DNA of 64,000 nt from Anthoceros angustus (taxonomy: Eukaryota; Plantae; Anthocerotophyta), in NCBI GenBank assembly GCA_010909165.1, contig MU008169.1, positions 1,984,001 through 2,048,000 on the forward strand, written 5' to 3'. Every line of letters starts with the position of its first letter. Within the stretch, counting starts at the first letter, position 1. Position numbers and translations under genes: made by a program. The notes under the pieces are model-generated. The model was given only the letters and a program-made list of their open reading frames with translations, had not been told where the DNA came from and did not search any database. This document shows positions 47,955-59,299 of this stretch, in pieces.

Positions 47955-49383
47955 TCACGGCAAGAATGGCAGCTGGACACCTTCAAATGAACACACTGTT
48001 ACATGGCCGCATTCTATGCATGCAAATTTAACTGGGACACCGTGATTGCCTCTCTCAAGGTCCTCTACTTCCCTAAGCTCGGGAGGACGGTCACTGCAGC
48101 CACAAAGTAGCAACTCAGATCTTGCAAGCAGACCTTCAGAAAGAAACGAACCTTACCAGTGCTTAGCACCCTTACCTAGTAACACAAAGGCTGAACGCTG
48201 GCCTTCCTGGCTCAGTTTTTTTGAACTTGCTATTAGGCAGGTAGACATCATACATGGGCACGAGCTGGGAGGTTTGTTGGGCTTGATCAGCGTGACATTT
48301 GAGAGACTCTGCAGTGGAGTTCACCACTGTACAACCAGCTTCTACCTCTTGCCCCTTCCAAGGTCTGGCCAGATCCGCCCCAACCAACTCGTCGAGCTTC
48401 TCGCCATCTCCCTCCAGTAGACTGGCTAGAGGGGCTCCATAGTCACATCTAGGCTCCGATAGTGAGCTTAGTACCGCATTCGTGGGTACTTCAACTTCTC
48501 CAGCCTCATCACTCCCCACGTCACTTAACACATCAATCTCACCTGTTGATACCTCATCCTCCGGGTCTTGTTCCTTCACATCTAACGAACTCATCAACTG
48601 AACTGTGGACGAAGCATTGTCATGGTTGCCACTGTTTGCCTGCTGCTTTCCACAAGCCTCCAGGTTCTTAATAAGCCTTCTCTCAGAGTTTCTTGTCCAT
48701 ACCACGTCATGTCTACCGACAACGTAGCCAAGCCTCTTCAAATAAGCATAACACTGATAAGCACCCCAAGAACAGCCATACGACATGTCGGCCAACAGGC
48801 TGTACAGTCTCACAGTCGGCATCAAATCTTGCCCCACCATGAGAACCAGGCTTCCACGTTCCACCAACCACCTGAACAAAAGAGAACCTACTCTCAATCA
48901 CCCAATCCAGCAGCGCACCTGGAATCTGGTCAAGCAGCAACAGCAGCATGGCAGGAAAACGAAACGCACACTGCTTCTTCAACATGACAGAAAAGCTTGC
49001 CCTCCCGAATAATCCCAGTCGTGTTCCACATCTTGCCTCTCCTTACCACAAGCTCTGCTATGCCTCTCTCTGGCTGCCAAACTGCAACAGACACATCCTT
49101 CCTGCAGCACAGAGACATCCGGACAGTCACACAACTCCAACAGGTTCAGCAATGTCGTCATTCACCAAACCTGCAAGGCTGCATGCATAAGTCACCTGGA
49201 AAGCAGCCCGCTTGGCCTAATCTGGTGGGTTGCAGAAACACTCCTACAACTCCCACCCTCATCTCCACGGTCGCTGGACCCACAGTCTGTGACGGAGGCA
49301 GCAGCCTCCCCGGCCGTGCATGCTCCAAAACCGGGCTCAGCAGCAGACAGAGACCGTCCCATGTAAAGGTCTGAAGCTTCCAT
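47955..49383 (-). CDS. TSEN54: tRNA-splicing endonuclease subunit Sen54, multi-exon (start codon uncertain)
   Basis: AVWQPERGIAELVVRRGKMWNTTG..LFCHVEEAV, LVERGSL, YQCYAYLKRLGYVVGRH, YDVYLPNSKFKKTEPGRPAF, and last exon PVKFACIECGHVTVCSF..LPFLP*. Confidence 0.9.
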
Positions 49384-49816
49384 GAAGACGCACACATCTG
49401 CAAAGCCTTCAGCACAGAAGAAGCAGCAAGATCAAACCACCCATCCCAAGAGGGAACATCTCCTTGCCCGAAAACCCATTGCCACGTCGGGAAATGGCAA
49501 TTGGGGTTTCCCGACATGACATCTCCTTGCCAAAACCGTAGCCGGCACCCGGATTTCGAAATTCAGGGAAACCACATCAAAAAACCGCGGGGGAAAGAAT
49601 CAAGCGGCAGGAGGCACGAGCCCCAATTCTCAACGTTCACTTACGACGTCTAACCAACCGGCTCCTGGCCAGTCTGCTACCGCATTTCGGGAAATGGCAA
49701 GTGGGTTGTATAGAGAGATGGTTACAGCAATGGACTGCGGCTGCTGTTGTTGCGCGGTCGAGCGATGACTTGTGATAATGCATCATGCCCGATCGCGCAT
49801 TCGGGCCAGTCAGGGA

Positions 49817-52800
49817 ATGAAGCCATTCCTTTCACGGACCACACACTACCTGCTGGTTGCCGCATGTTACTGTGTCTTCAGCTGTTCAGGCCAAGTGCAA
49901 TCAGGTGGGCATCTATCCGAGTGCATCCTAGCTCGCCCAGCACGGTGTGAGCTAACTCCTTGTGTCTTTCCTTGCAGCAACAGGATCAGGAGCGGTGGTT
50001 TGCCCTGCTGGATGGCAGACGGAGCCCGGTATCGGCCGCTGCCTTCTGGTGAAAGCCGGAGCCAGCAGCTCTTGGAGCGAGGCCGAGAGCTCGTGCCGTG
50101 AGGAAGGAGGCGAGCTGGCGGCTCTGAGCTCGCTGCAGGAGCTGCTGTATGTACAGACGGAGTGCGCTCCAAGCTGCTGGGTGGGTGGGCACCAGGTGGA
50201 GGATGGCAGTGGCGGATTGACATGGAGCTGGAGCGACTGCAGAGTTGGCTGGAACAGGTCGGGGCCTTTGGGGAATCCTGCATTGCCCAACACTACGTCT
50301 GCCGTGGATGGAGAATGCACCTTGGTTGCACAGGGAGTGGCCACCCTTGTGGCACAGAATTGCAGCTCCTTACACAGTTTTGTTTGCTCACAAAGAGGTG
50401 ATGTTTTGATTTGATGTGGTCTGGAGATGGTGGGTGGGTGCCTTTTTCAGCTTCTGATGTTGATGCTGATGTTGGTGAAATGCAGGAATAGCATGCGCAG
50501 GGAGATCCCAGCACAAAGAGTACATAATCATACTAATAGCTGTCAGCTGCTTCATTCTTGCCACCACTCTGGGAGTCCTCATCTGGCTCCTTGCTTTCAA
50601 GAGAAGCAGGAGAAGGAGGAAGGGCGGAGGCATGGAAGGAGCCCTTCCTCCTCAGCCTTCATGTCACCACCATGGATCCTTTACACCTGCAGTGACCTGA
50701 GCTCAGCCACCGGCAGTTTCAGCGAGAGCAACCGGCTGGGGAGGGCAGGGGAGCACCCAGGGGCGTGCTGCCGGATGGATCCGTGGTTGCCGTCAAGAGG
50801 CTCAGGAGGTCCAGCCTCAGGGAAGGAGGGATTTTCTGGCTGAGATGATTGGTATTGCGCGGCTTCGCCATCCTAATCTGGTGGCGGTGAAGGGATGCTG
50901 CTTCGAGAACGGGAGCGGTACATCGTGTACGAATTCGTGTCCAACGGGCCCCTGGACAAATGGCTCCACGGGCTTCCCAAGGGATCCAGGAGCCTGGACT
51001 GGGATCTGCGGATCCACATCGCTGCCACGGCTGCGCAGGGCATTTCGTAAGGCCGCTGGAAAACCCTAGCTTTGTGTGTGGTGCTTTGCTTGGTTTGCTT
51101 AGTTTGGCATTTCCTTGCTCTGCTTGGAATTGCCTTGCCTTGCCTGCCTTCCATTGTATTGCATTGCTTTGCTCTGCTTGGCATTGCCTTGCCTGCTTTG
51201 CATTGCGTTGTATTGCTTTGCTCTGCATGGCGGCATTCGTGGCCTGACTTCCTTGCTTTGTTGACTTTTCCTGCTTCCTTGACTTGGTTGCTTTGTAAGC
51301 TTCCCTTATTCTGCTTACGCCGCCGTTTTGCCTGCTTTGCTTGCGTTGTCTGTTTGCCTGCTGTTCTTGCTGTCTTAGCCTGCTGTGCTTGATTGCTATG
51401 CCTGCTTTTCTCTCGTTGTTTGTTGTCAACATTCGATTTGGTCTGCCTGTTTTGATTGATCGGCGTGCTTTGGTTGCTTTTCTTAGCCTGCTTTGGCTTG
51501 CTCAGCCTGCTTTGCTTTCCTTCCTTGCTTCCTTAGCTTGCTCTGTTTCTGTCGATCGATCGACTTGCTTTGCTTTCCTTAGCCCGCATTGGATTGCTTA
51601 GTTGGTGTTTTTGTTTTGATTGATCGGCTTGCTTTGCTTCCTGGCCTACTTTGGCTTGTTTACCCTAATTTGCTCCCTTCGCTTGTTTTGATTGATCGGC
51701 TTGCTTTACTTGCTTCCTAGCCTTCTTTGCTTGCTTAACCTGCTTTGCTTGCGTTGTCTGTTTTGCGGTGAAAGCCGGAGCCAGCAGCTCTTGGAGCGAG
51801 GCCGAGAGCTCGTGCCGTGAGGAAGGAGGCGAGCTGGCGGCTCTGAGCTCGCTGCAGGAGCTGCTGTATGTACAGACGGAGTGCGCTCCAAGCTGCTGGG
51901 TGGGTGGGCACCAGGTGGAGGATGGCAGTGGCGGATTGACATGGAGCTGGAGCGACTGCAGAGTTGGCTGGAACAGGTCGGGGCCTTTGGGGAATCCTGC
52001 ATTGCCCAACACTACGTCTGCCGTGGATGGAGAATGCACCTTGGTTGCACAGGGAGTGGCCACCCTTGTGGCACAGAATTGCAGCTCCTTACACAGTTTT
52101 GTTTGCTCACAAAGAGGTGATGTTTTGATTTGATGTGGTCTGGAGATGGTGGGTGGGTGCCTTTTTCAGCTTCTGATGTTGATGCTGATGTTGGTGAAAT
52201 GCAGGAATAGCATGCGCAGGGAGATCCCAGCACAAAGAGTACATAATCATACTAATAGCTGTCAGCTGCTTCATTCTTGCCACCACTCTGGGAGTCCTCA
52301 TCTGGCTCCTTGCTTTCAAGAGAAGCAGGAGAAGGAGGAAGGGGCGGAGGCATGGAAGGAGCCCTTCCTCCTCAGCCTTCATGTCACCACCATGGATCCT
52401 TTACACCTGCAGTGACCTGAGCTCGGCCACCGGCAGTTTCAGCGAGAGCAACCGGCTGGGGGAGGGCAGGGGGAGCACCTACAGGGGCGTGCTGCCGGAT
52501 GGATCCGTGGTTGCCGTCAAGAGGCTCAGGAGGTCCAGCCTCCAGGGAAGGAGGGATTTTCTGGCTGAGATGATTGGTATTGCGCGGCTTCGCCATCCTA
52601 ATCTGGTGGCGGTGAAGGGATGCTGCTTCGAGAACGGGGAGCGGTACATCGTGTACGAATTCGTGTCCAACGGGCCCCTGGACAAATGGCTCCACGGGCT
52701 TCCCAAGGGATCCAGGAGCCTGGACTGGGATCTGCGGATCCACATCGCTGCCACGGCTGCGCAGGGCATTTCGTAAGGCCGCTGGAAAACCCTAGCTTTG

Positions 52801-54075
52801 TGTGTGGTGCTTTGCTTGGTTTGCTTAGTTTGGCATTTCCTTGCTCTGCTTGGAATTGCCTTGCCTTGCCTTGCCTTCCATTGTATTGCATTGCTTTGCT
52901 CTGCTTGGCATTGCCTTGCTTTGCATTGCGTTGTATTGCTTTGCTCTGCATGGCGGCATTTCGTGGCCTGACTTCCTTGCTTTGTTGACTTTTCCTGCTT
53001 CCTTGACTTGGTTGCTTTGTAAGCTTCCCTTATTCTGCTTACGCCGCCGGTTTTGCCTGCTTTGCTTGCGTTGTCTGTTTTGCCTGCTGTTCTTGCTGTC
53101 TTAGCCTGCTGTGCTTGATTGCTATGCCTGCTTTTCTCTCGTTGTTTGTTGTCAACATTCGATTTGGTCTGCCTGTTTTGATTGATCGGCGTGCTTTGGT
53201 TGCTTTCTTAGCCTGCTTTGGCTTGCTCAGCCTGCTTCGCTTTCCTTCCTTTGCTTCCTTAGCTTGCTCTGTTTCTGTCGATCGATCGACTTGCTTTGCT
53301 TTCTTCCTTAGCCCGCATTGGATTGCTTAGTTGGTGTTTTTTGTTTTGATTGATCGGCTTGCTTTGCTTCCCTGGCCTACTTTGGCTTGTTTACCCTAAT
53401 TTGCTCCCTTCGCTTGTTTTTGATTGATCGGCTTGCTTTACTTGCTTCCTAGCCTTCTTTTGCTTGCTTAACCTGCTTTGCTTGTTGCTTGTTTTGCTGC
53501 CATGCGTGTGAGCGAGCTCGCTCACAGCGTGATTCTTGCGTGCCAGGTTCTTGCACGACAAGGTGAAGCCCCACGTGGTGCATAGGGACATTAGGTCCAG
53601 CAACATCTTGCTGGACGACAAGTTCGAGGCGCGGGTACTGGGAGTGGGGCTGGTGAAGATGATGCCGCGGGAGGCGGTGAGCGAGCAGCCTGTGGCCCGG
53701 AACTACGGCTACAGAGCCCCCGAGTTCATGTACCGGAACGAGCTCACGATGAAGAGCGATGTTTACAGCTTCGGGGTGCTGCTGCTGGAGATGGTGAGTG
53801 GGAAGAAGCCTGAGGACGTGGGGACCAATGGGCAGAGCTTCCTGGAATGGGCCACCCCGCTGTTCCAGGCCAAGCGGCTGGCCGAGATACTGGACCCGGC
53901 CATAGTCACGGTGCCGGATGTGAGCAAGATCCAGCTGGTTGTGGACCTCGTCAAGGCTTGCACCCAGGCGGTGCCCGCCATGCGCCCCAGAATGTCTTAC
54001 GTTTTGCACCAGCTGCAAGGCCTCGATGTGTCTGACATATCGGACGCCAGCCAGCCGGAGAACATCGTCTTCTAA
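49817..54075 (+). CDS. C-type lectin receptor-like kinase with an internal ~1.72-kb tandem duplication (50048-51766 repeated at 51767-53484)
   Basis: Signal peptide exon, C-type lectin domain (CPAGW..SWSEAESSC..LAAL..CWVGG..W.WSD), TM IIILIAVSCFILATTLGVLIWLLAF, and kinase (VAVKRL, HRDIRSSNILLD, GYRAPE, KSDVYSFG). The first kinase-N copy is frameshifted and the second is intact. Confidence 0.93.
51050..51766. repeat. Low-complexity pyrimidine-rich intron (TTGC/CTTG/GCTTT repeats); second copy 52772-53500
   Basis: Starts GTAAGG after ..AQGIS and is almost entirely degenerate TTGC-type units. Confidence 0.9.
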
Positions 54076-54400
54076 ATAATAATACCGACGCCAAACATAA
54101 TAATGTTCCTTCCACACAAAGTGGTTCTCACGTGGGAAGTCCGCGTTCAAGGCGTAGGTGCTTCCTTTTCTGTTGGAAAGGAAGGCACAAATCATGTAAT
54201 TAACTTATATCTGCGACCTCCAACTAACCGGTTGGTCACTCATCACTCAGCAGCCAACTACACATAACCTCCCCGCCGGTGCAATAGCATTTTCTTGTCT
54301 GCAAACAAACGATGAAACCCCTCCCCCGAAGACTTCTGAGAACAAAAATATAGATTGGGAAAGGCACTTCTCACATTCTGCTGAGCCCCACGCTCAGACA

Positions 54401-56413
54401 TTAAGCTGCATCTGCAGCAGCCACCTCGGCGACAAACTCTGCTGCAACAGGAGGGGGATTTGCTTCTCCAGCCTCCACTGCGTCCAACTTTGAGTTATCA
54501 AGCTTCACCGCTGCAGTTTCTTGCTTCAAGACATTACCAACCTCCACGATGCCAAGGTCATCTTCAGCCACCTCCACGATGCCTAACTCCGGTTCTGTGA
54601 TGCTCAGTTCCGGTTCGGAGATGGTCAGTCCCAGGTCTGTCACCTCGACGATCCCCAGCTCGGGCTCCGCAAGCTTAACATTAGCCTGGCTAGACCCGAC
54701 AGGCTCTACAATGCCATCGTTCTGCTTCTCAACATCCTGAGTCTGGAGTTCATGAGTTCCTTGTGGAACCTCCAGACCACTACCATCCTTGGCTGGGCCC
54801 TTGCCGTTTCCCACCTTCTCAGACCGCAGTGGTGGAAACTCCAAAAAGGTACTGCTTATATTATCGGCGTCTGGCACCTCCAAAATGCCAAGTTCCTCTT
54901 CTACCCCACCGTCAATGCTTACATTGTGACCATTGCCGTGTTCACCCTCGGCAGCATCTCCTCCACCCTCACTTCCACCAAAAGCATTCACAGCTGCTCC
55001 GTTGACTGCATCCGCAACCCTAGCCTTAAAAAGGCCAGCATCTCCCTGGTCCGCCTTCTTCTCTCTGGCCTCCCTTGCCTCCACTTGGAGGGCCAAAAAC
55101 TTATCCTTAGCCACCTTCACATCCTCTAGGCTCTTGGTAACATCCCCAATAGTCGAAGGAGGTGACAATTTGATTTTGGCAAACGAGGACAATGCGTCTA
55201 CCGACAGTGTGATCCTCTCCTTGTCCTTGTTCCTGAGAGGGGCTGGCGCTCTTGTCTTCTTCCCCTTTCCTTTGCCTCCTCCACAGCCTGCGAACCATCC
55301 ATCTAGGTCGCCATCACTCTTCTTGGAGGACACCACCATCCCTACAGGTGCAGCAAAGTCGGCTTGAACGGCTGACGACGTCAAGTGACTCTCCCCCGCC
55401 GGTGTAACATACTTCTGTAAGTATGAGGAAAGCTGATCACAAAGAATAAGCTCGTCTGTGAAAGGCTCCACAAAGTTTTCGAGCTCCTTCTGTTTCCTGA
55501 AGGCCTCCCTTTCCTTCCTTTCTGCCTCACGCTTTTCGTAATTCCTCTTCCTGTCAGCAAACTGCTGGTCTTTGAACTCCCTCTCCCGCTGCCAGTATTC
55601 GTCCTCTTTCACCCTGTGCTCATGCCTGAGCACCCTAATTTCTTCCGCAAGGGCCTTTGTCTTCTCATAGGCACTCTTTCTCTCTTCGTGCAGGAGAGGA
55701 ACTTCAGCACCCTCAGCAGTCTCTTTCTGCTTGATTTCCGTCAGGACCTTCTTCTGAAGCTCCTGCTTCTCCTTCACTTCGTTCAACAACTCGTTGAATG
55801 AGTTGATCTTCTCGAGATACCCTGATCGAGACCCTTCGTCCTCGTTAATGTGCTCCAGCAGCTCATTATACTGGTTAACAGATTCCCTCGACTTGGTCAG
55901 CTCCTTGATCTGCTGAATGAGCTTCTTCTCTTCGGAGAGGGTCAAGGAGGTGTGAGACATCTTGTACTCCAGCCTCTTGACCTCCTCATCTACCTGGTCC
56001 AACTTGACAAACTGCAGCTTGTCCCGCATGGCTCGTGCCTCTCCCCTCATCTGCTCCCTCGCCTTATTAGCCAGCTCCAATTCATCCCGGACAGCTTTCT
56101 TCTGGTCCACCAGAGACCGGAACTCGTTGTTCAATTCGCTCTGCCGGCTGCGAGCTTCCGCAACCTTCTGGCTGATTGCATGCTTGTTCTCGTGTTTGCT
56201 CTGCAAGGCCTTGTTGATCTCAGTAATCCTCGCTTGCAACGCCGCAACTGCCGCCTTTTTCTTCTCCACTTCCTGCTCCAGCGCCGCCTTGTCAGGACGT
56301 TCAAGCCTCTTGACTCGCTGCGTGCCGCTCTTCACCACCTTCCCAGCAGCGCCCGAATCTGGCGCTTCCGCGGCCGCTGCCACCACCACCGGCGCTTCCC
56401 TCAGTCCCACCAT
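54401..56413 (-). CDS. Proton-pump-interactor/Bfr1-like coiled-coil protein, single exon, ~670 aa
   Basis: Long open frame. EVKRLEYKMSHTSLTLSEEKKLIQQIKEL, FTDELILCDQLSSYL and ITLSVDALSSFAKIKLSPP are motifs of the PPI1/Bfr1 family as I recall it. ATG at 56413. Confidence 0.8.
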   Translation of the reverse strand: MVGLREAPVVVAAAAEAPDSGAAGKVVKSGTQRVKRLERPDKAALEQEVEKKKAAVAALQARITEINKALQSKHENKHAISQKVAEARSRQSELNNEFRSLVDQKKAVRDELELANKAREQMRGEARAMRDKLQFVKLDQVDEEVKRLEYKMSHTSLTLSEEKKLIQQIKELTKSRESVNQYNELLEHINEDEGSRSGYLEKINSFNELLNEVKEKQELQKKVLTEIKQKETAEGAEVPLLHEERKSAYEKTKALAEEIRVLRHEHRVKEDEYWQREREFKDQQFADRKRNYEKREAERKEREAFRKQKELENFVEPFTDELILCDQLSSYLQKYVTPAGESHLTSSAVQADFAAPVGMVVSSKKSDGDLDGWFAGCGGGKGKGKKTRAPAPLRNKDKERITLSVDALSSFAKIKLSPPSTIGDVTKSLEDVKVAKDKFLALQVEAREAREKKADQGDAGLFKARVADAVNGAAVNAFGGSEGGGDAAEGEHGNGHNVSIDGGVEEELGILEVPDADNISSTFLEFPPLRSEKVGNGKGPAKDGSGLEVPQGTHELQTQDVEKQNDGIVEPVGSSQANVKLAEPELGIVEVTDLGLTISEPELSITEPELGIVEVAEDDLGIVEVGNVLKQETAAVKLDNSKLDAVEAGEANPPPVAAEFVAEVAAADAA

Positions 56414-57149
56414 GTTGACCACGGATGCCGCACCTCACACAAGCTCAGATCTGGCAATCCTGCACCTCCTACTCACAATCCCGCTGGTCCTCCTAGCAAA
56501 AAACAAGCTTTGAAGCTCCTGCGACCTGTAACATAACCTAGCACCAATGCATGCGAGTTGGAAAGATGCAACTGCTCACGGAATTCTGGACATCTGACTC
56601 CGATCCCCTCCCGCTGCTACCTCTGCAGCTCAGGGAAGGCTCTGCCAAGCGCTCCGGATTCCGGAGCTGGTTTCCGAGTCCTGGCAATCGGTAGTGGCAC
56701 AATCCACCGGAGCAGGCCTCACAGAGAGCAGAGAGGAGAAGAGAGCGAATACATGATGTGAAACACGCACAGCAGTTTCTAATTCTGTACCTCGTGCTGA
56801 CAAACGTAGGATCTTTACGATGAGTTCAGTAGAATTTGCGAAAATTGTTGCCCCTACTTCGCTCATCTGATTTTGTTTAGCGACGAAAGCCAAGTTTTTT
56901 TACAGACCCGGTTTAAAGGCTGTGGGTGCTAATTCCGGTCGGTGGTCCGCCCGAGACGGGTACCCTCTACATATACAAAGATTTTTCGGGCACTTATGCT
57001 TCTCAATTTCTCTTACTCAGGTAGTATTTTTTTTCTACTAAAGTTAGTAACGTATCTCATCTACAATAAATATTTATTTAAAATAATATAATTATTTTAA
57101 AATTTTATATAAATATACATTCTCAGACCAAACCCTAAACTTTTGAAGA

Positions 57150-57410
57150 CATATCCGAAAAAAAATTAAAGATGGTCTCTAATAAGTACAAACTTATATC
57201 TAGGAAAGAAAAATGATCTATCTTTTGAGAGATATAGATATGTAATATAAATTAGTAAGATGTACGAGACCTAAATAGAGTAAACAAGATATCATGTAAC
57301 CCAAAATTTAAGATGGTGTCTAATAAATACATATTAATATCTTTAAAATAATTATCATGTTATATAGATTAGTAAGATATACAAGACCTAAACAAAAGTA
57401 AATAAGATAA
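57150..57410. repeat. AT-rich ~135-bp diverged direct duplication
   Basis: aaaattaaagatggtctctaataa..ttagtaagatgtacgagacctaaa recurs as aaaatttaagatggtgtctaataa..ttagtaagatatacaagacctaaa. Confidence 0.7.
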
Positions 57411-57544
57411 AACCCGCTACATACAGGAGGTCGAAAGCTACTACGTTACATCACATACTTCATGACTAACTTTTGTTACTAGAGTTGAAAGTTGAACATG
57501 ATTTATGATACCTAGCAATGATGTTACTAATACTTATGGTAATT

Positions 57545-57770
57545 GTTTTAAAGGTGTGTCCAAATAGCTTAGGTCAAATGAACACACCTTGATAAGAACA
57601 TGGCTGTTAAGTATTGTGCTCTTGTTGGAGACCATGGCCCGAAGGTCTTCATTACCCGTAGGCCACAAAGGTCAAGAACAATAGGGAATAGTCTACCACA
57701 AAGGTCAGACCATAGCCTAAAGGTCTTCATAACCACCAGGTCACAAAGGCCAAGAACAATGGGGAATAGT
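57545..57770 (+). mobile_element. Third copy of the hairpin-bearing dispersed element, followed by short internal repeats
   Basis: 57551-57615 aligns with 19897-19965. aaggtcttcat and caagaacaat.gggaatagtc are each doubled. Confidence 0.6.
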
Positions 57771-58224
57771 CGACTCATTAAGCAAGCAAGCTGAAGTGGG
57801 AGGTTGTTCGTGAGAATTTCAAAAGCCGAGGGTTCAACAAAAAGAGCAATTTAAAGGACCAATAGCAACCCAGATCCGAGAGAGCCAAAGGCTCAAAGGT
57901 CTTCACATAGTTCTTTTTGGTGGTGGTCCAAGAAGATTCCTTAACCAAGGTCCTCTTACAAACTCATGGCACTCTTCAAGGAAGCATGTGTATGTTGTTC
58001 AGATGTATCATAATTTAGAATAAAAAATTATTAGATATTTTATAAAATAAATATTACTATATTTAAAATAAAATAAATTAGTCTATAAAAATATTATTTA
58101 TTAGATTGAAAATTTAAATATTATACATGATCGAAATCAAACTCACAATCCTCGAGACTATATCACACCTAGAGCTATATATGTAGTGCTATGGGATCTC
58201 AATAGTATTGAGTAAGATAGTATA

Positions 58225-58370
58225 GCATACCTCTCCAACTAGCTTGTGTTTAGGTGTAGTATACCTTCCTACCGGTTAGCTTGTGCTTAGGTATAACCTA
58301 CTCTGCTGCCGTTTAGCATGTGTTTACGTGTAGTATACTCCTTAGTTGTTTAGCTTGTGTTTTGTAAGAG
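58225..58370. repeat. ~38-bp diverged tandem repeat x4 (tagcttgtgtttag core)
   Basis: Directly visible. Confidence 0.7.
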
Positions 58371-59299
58371 CGCAGGGTGCAAATGCCAATGATCGGGCTA
58401 GTGAGCTGCTCCTCCGAGTTTGTCGGTTTCATGTGTTGTTTGAGAAGCTTTGGTTGCACTGCTGGTAGCAGATACCAGGTTAGCCCCTGCAGAGTTACCC
58501 AAGTACTTCCCATGTGAGGATGTGAGCGAGAGATGATTGACGAGAGTATGTGCAGGTGGCTCCGTGCCCATCTCATTGTCGACTTCGTGAGTGGGTTTTT
58601 CATATTGCAGAAGCTTGCATTGGGGTTGTGGCCTGATAGTGTTTTTGCCTCGTGCAATGTGCAAGTAGCTGGTGCTGGATTGCCATGGATACAGGTTGTC
58701 GAATTCCACCTTGTGGAGATGTTGAGGTTGTTTCTGCAGTCCACGACAGACGTCAACTATTCAAATGGGTAGTATGACTACCTTCTTTGCAATGATCCTG
58801 TGCCAGTGGTCTGGATCGCAGGTGGTTTCCTTGTGTTGATACCTCAAACCTGTGGTATCAACGGTATGAAGGAAACCATCTGCAATGTGGATCACAGCCA
58901 CAAGGTCCTTGCATCGAAGGTAGTCACAGAATACCACCCCTTGGAATAGGAGGCGAGTGTCGTTTGGATGCAGGAGGTGCCTCACCATCTGCGTGGGGTG
59001 GAGCTCAGCTGTCTGTATCCATGCAATGCAATCCACCACCGTCGTCCTGCACATTGCGTGTGGCATAGCAGACTATGAGGTCAGAACTGGGCAGCACAGG
59101 CTTCTGCAATCTGAATTGCTCGGAGTCTGAGAGGGAAGCAGCTTCATGCACAGATTATAGAACACCACGAACAGAGTGCACTCCTGCTCACAAGTCCTGC
59201 TACTGTAACAGGACATGTTTGCCTCACATTGGCACTGGATCGGCAGTCGAATGTCGTACATTAAGACCAAGCTAACTGCTTGCTCTGACCAAACTTTCG

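Noticed and set aside
50719-51432. 237-aa Lys/Gln/Ala-rich minus-strand ORF (and the similar 52598-52951)
   Set aside because: Arises from the reverse complement of the TTGC-rich intron plus the kinase exon.
55850-56536. Plus-strand ORFs over the PPI/Bfr1-like gene (also 53449-54195 minus over the kinase and 12453-13678 plus over APC8)
   Set aside because: Antisense shadows of real coding exons.
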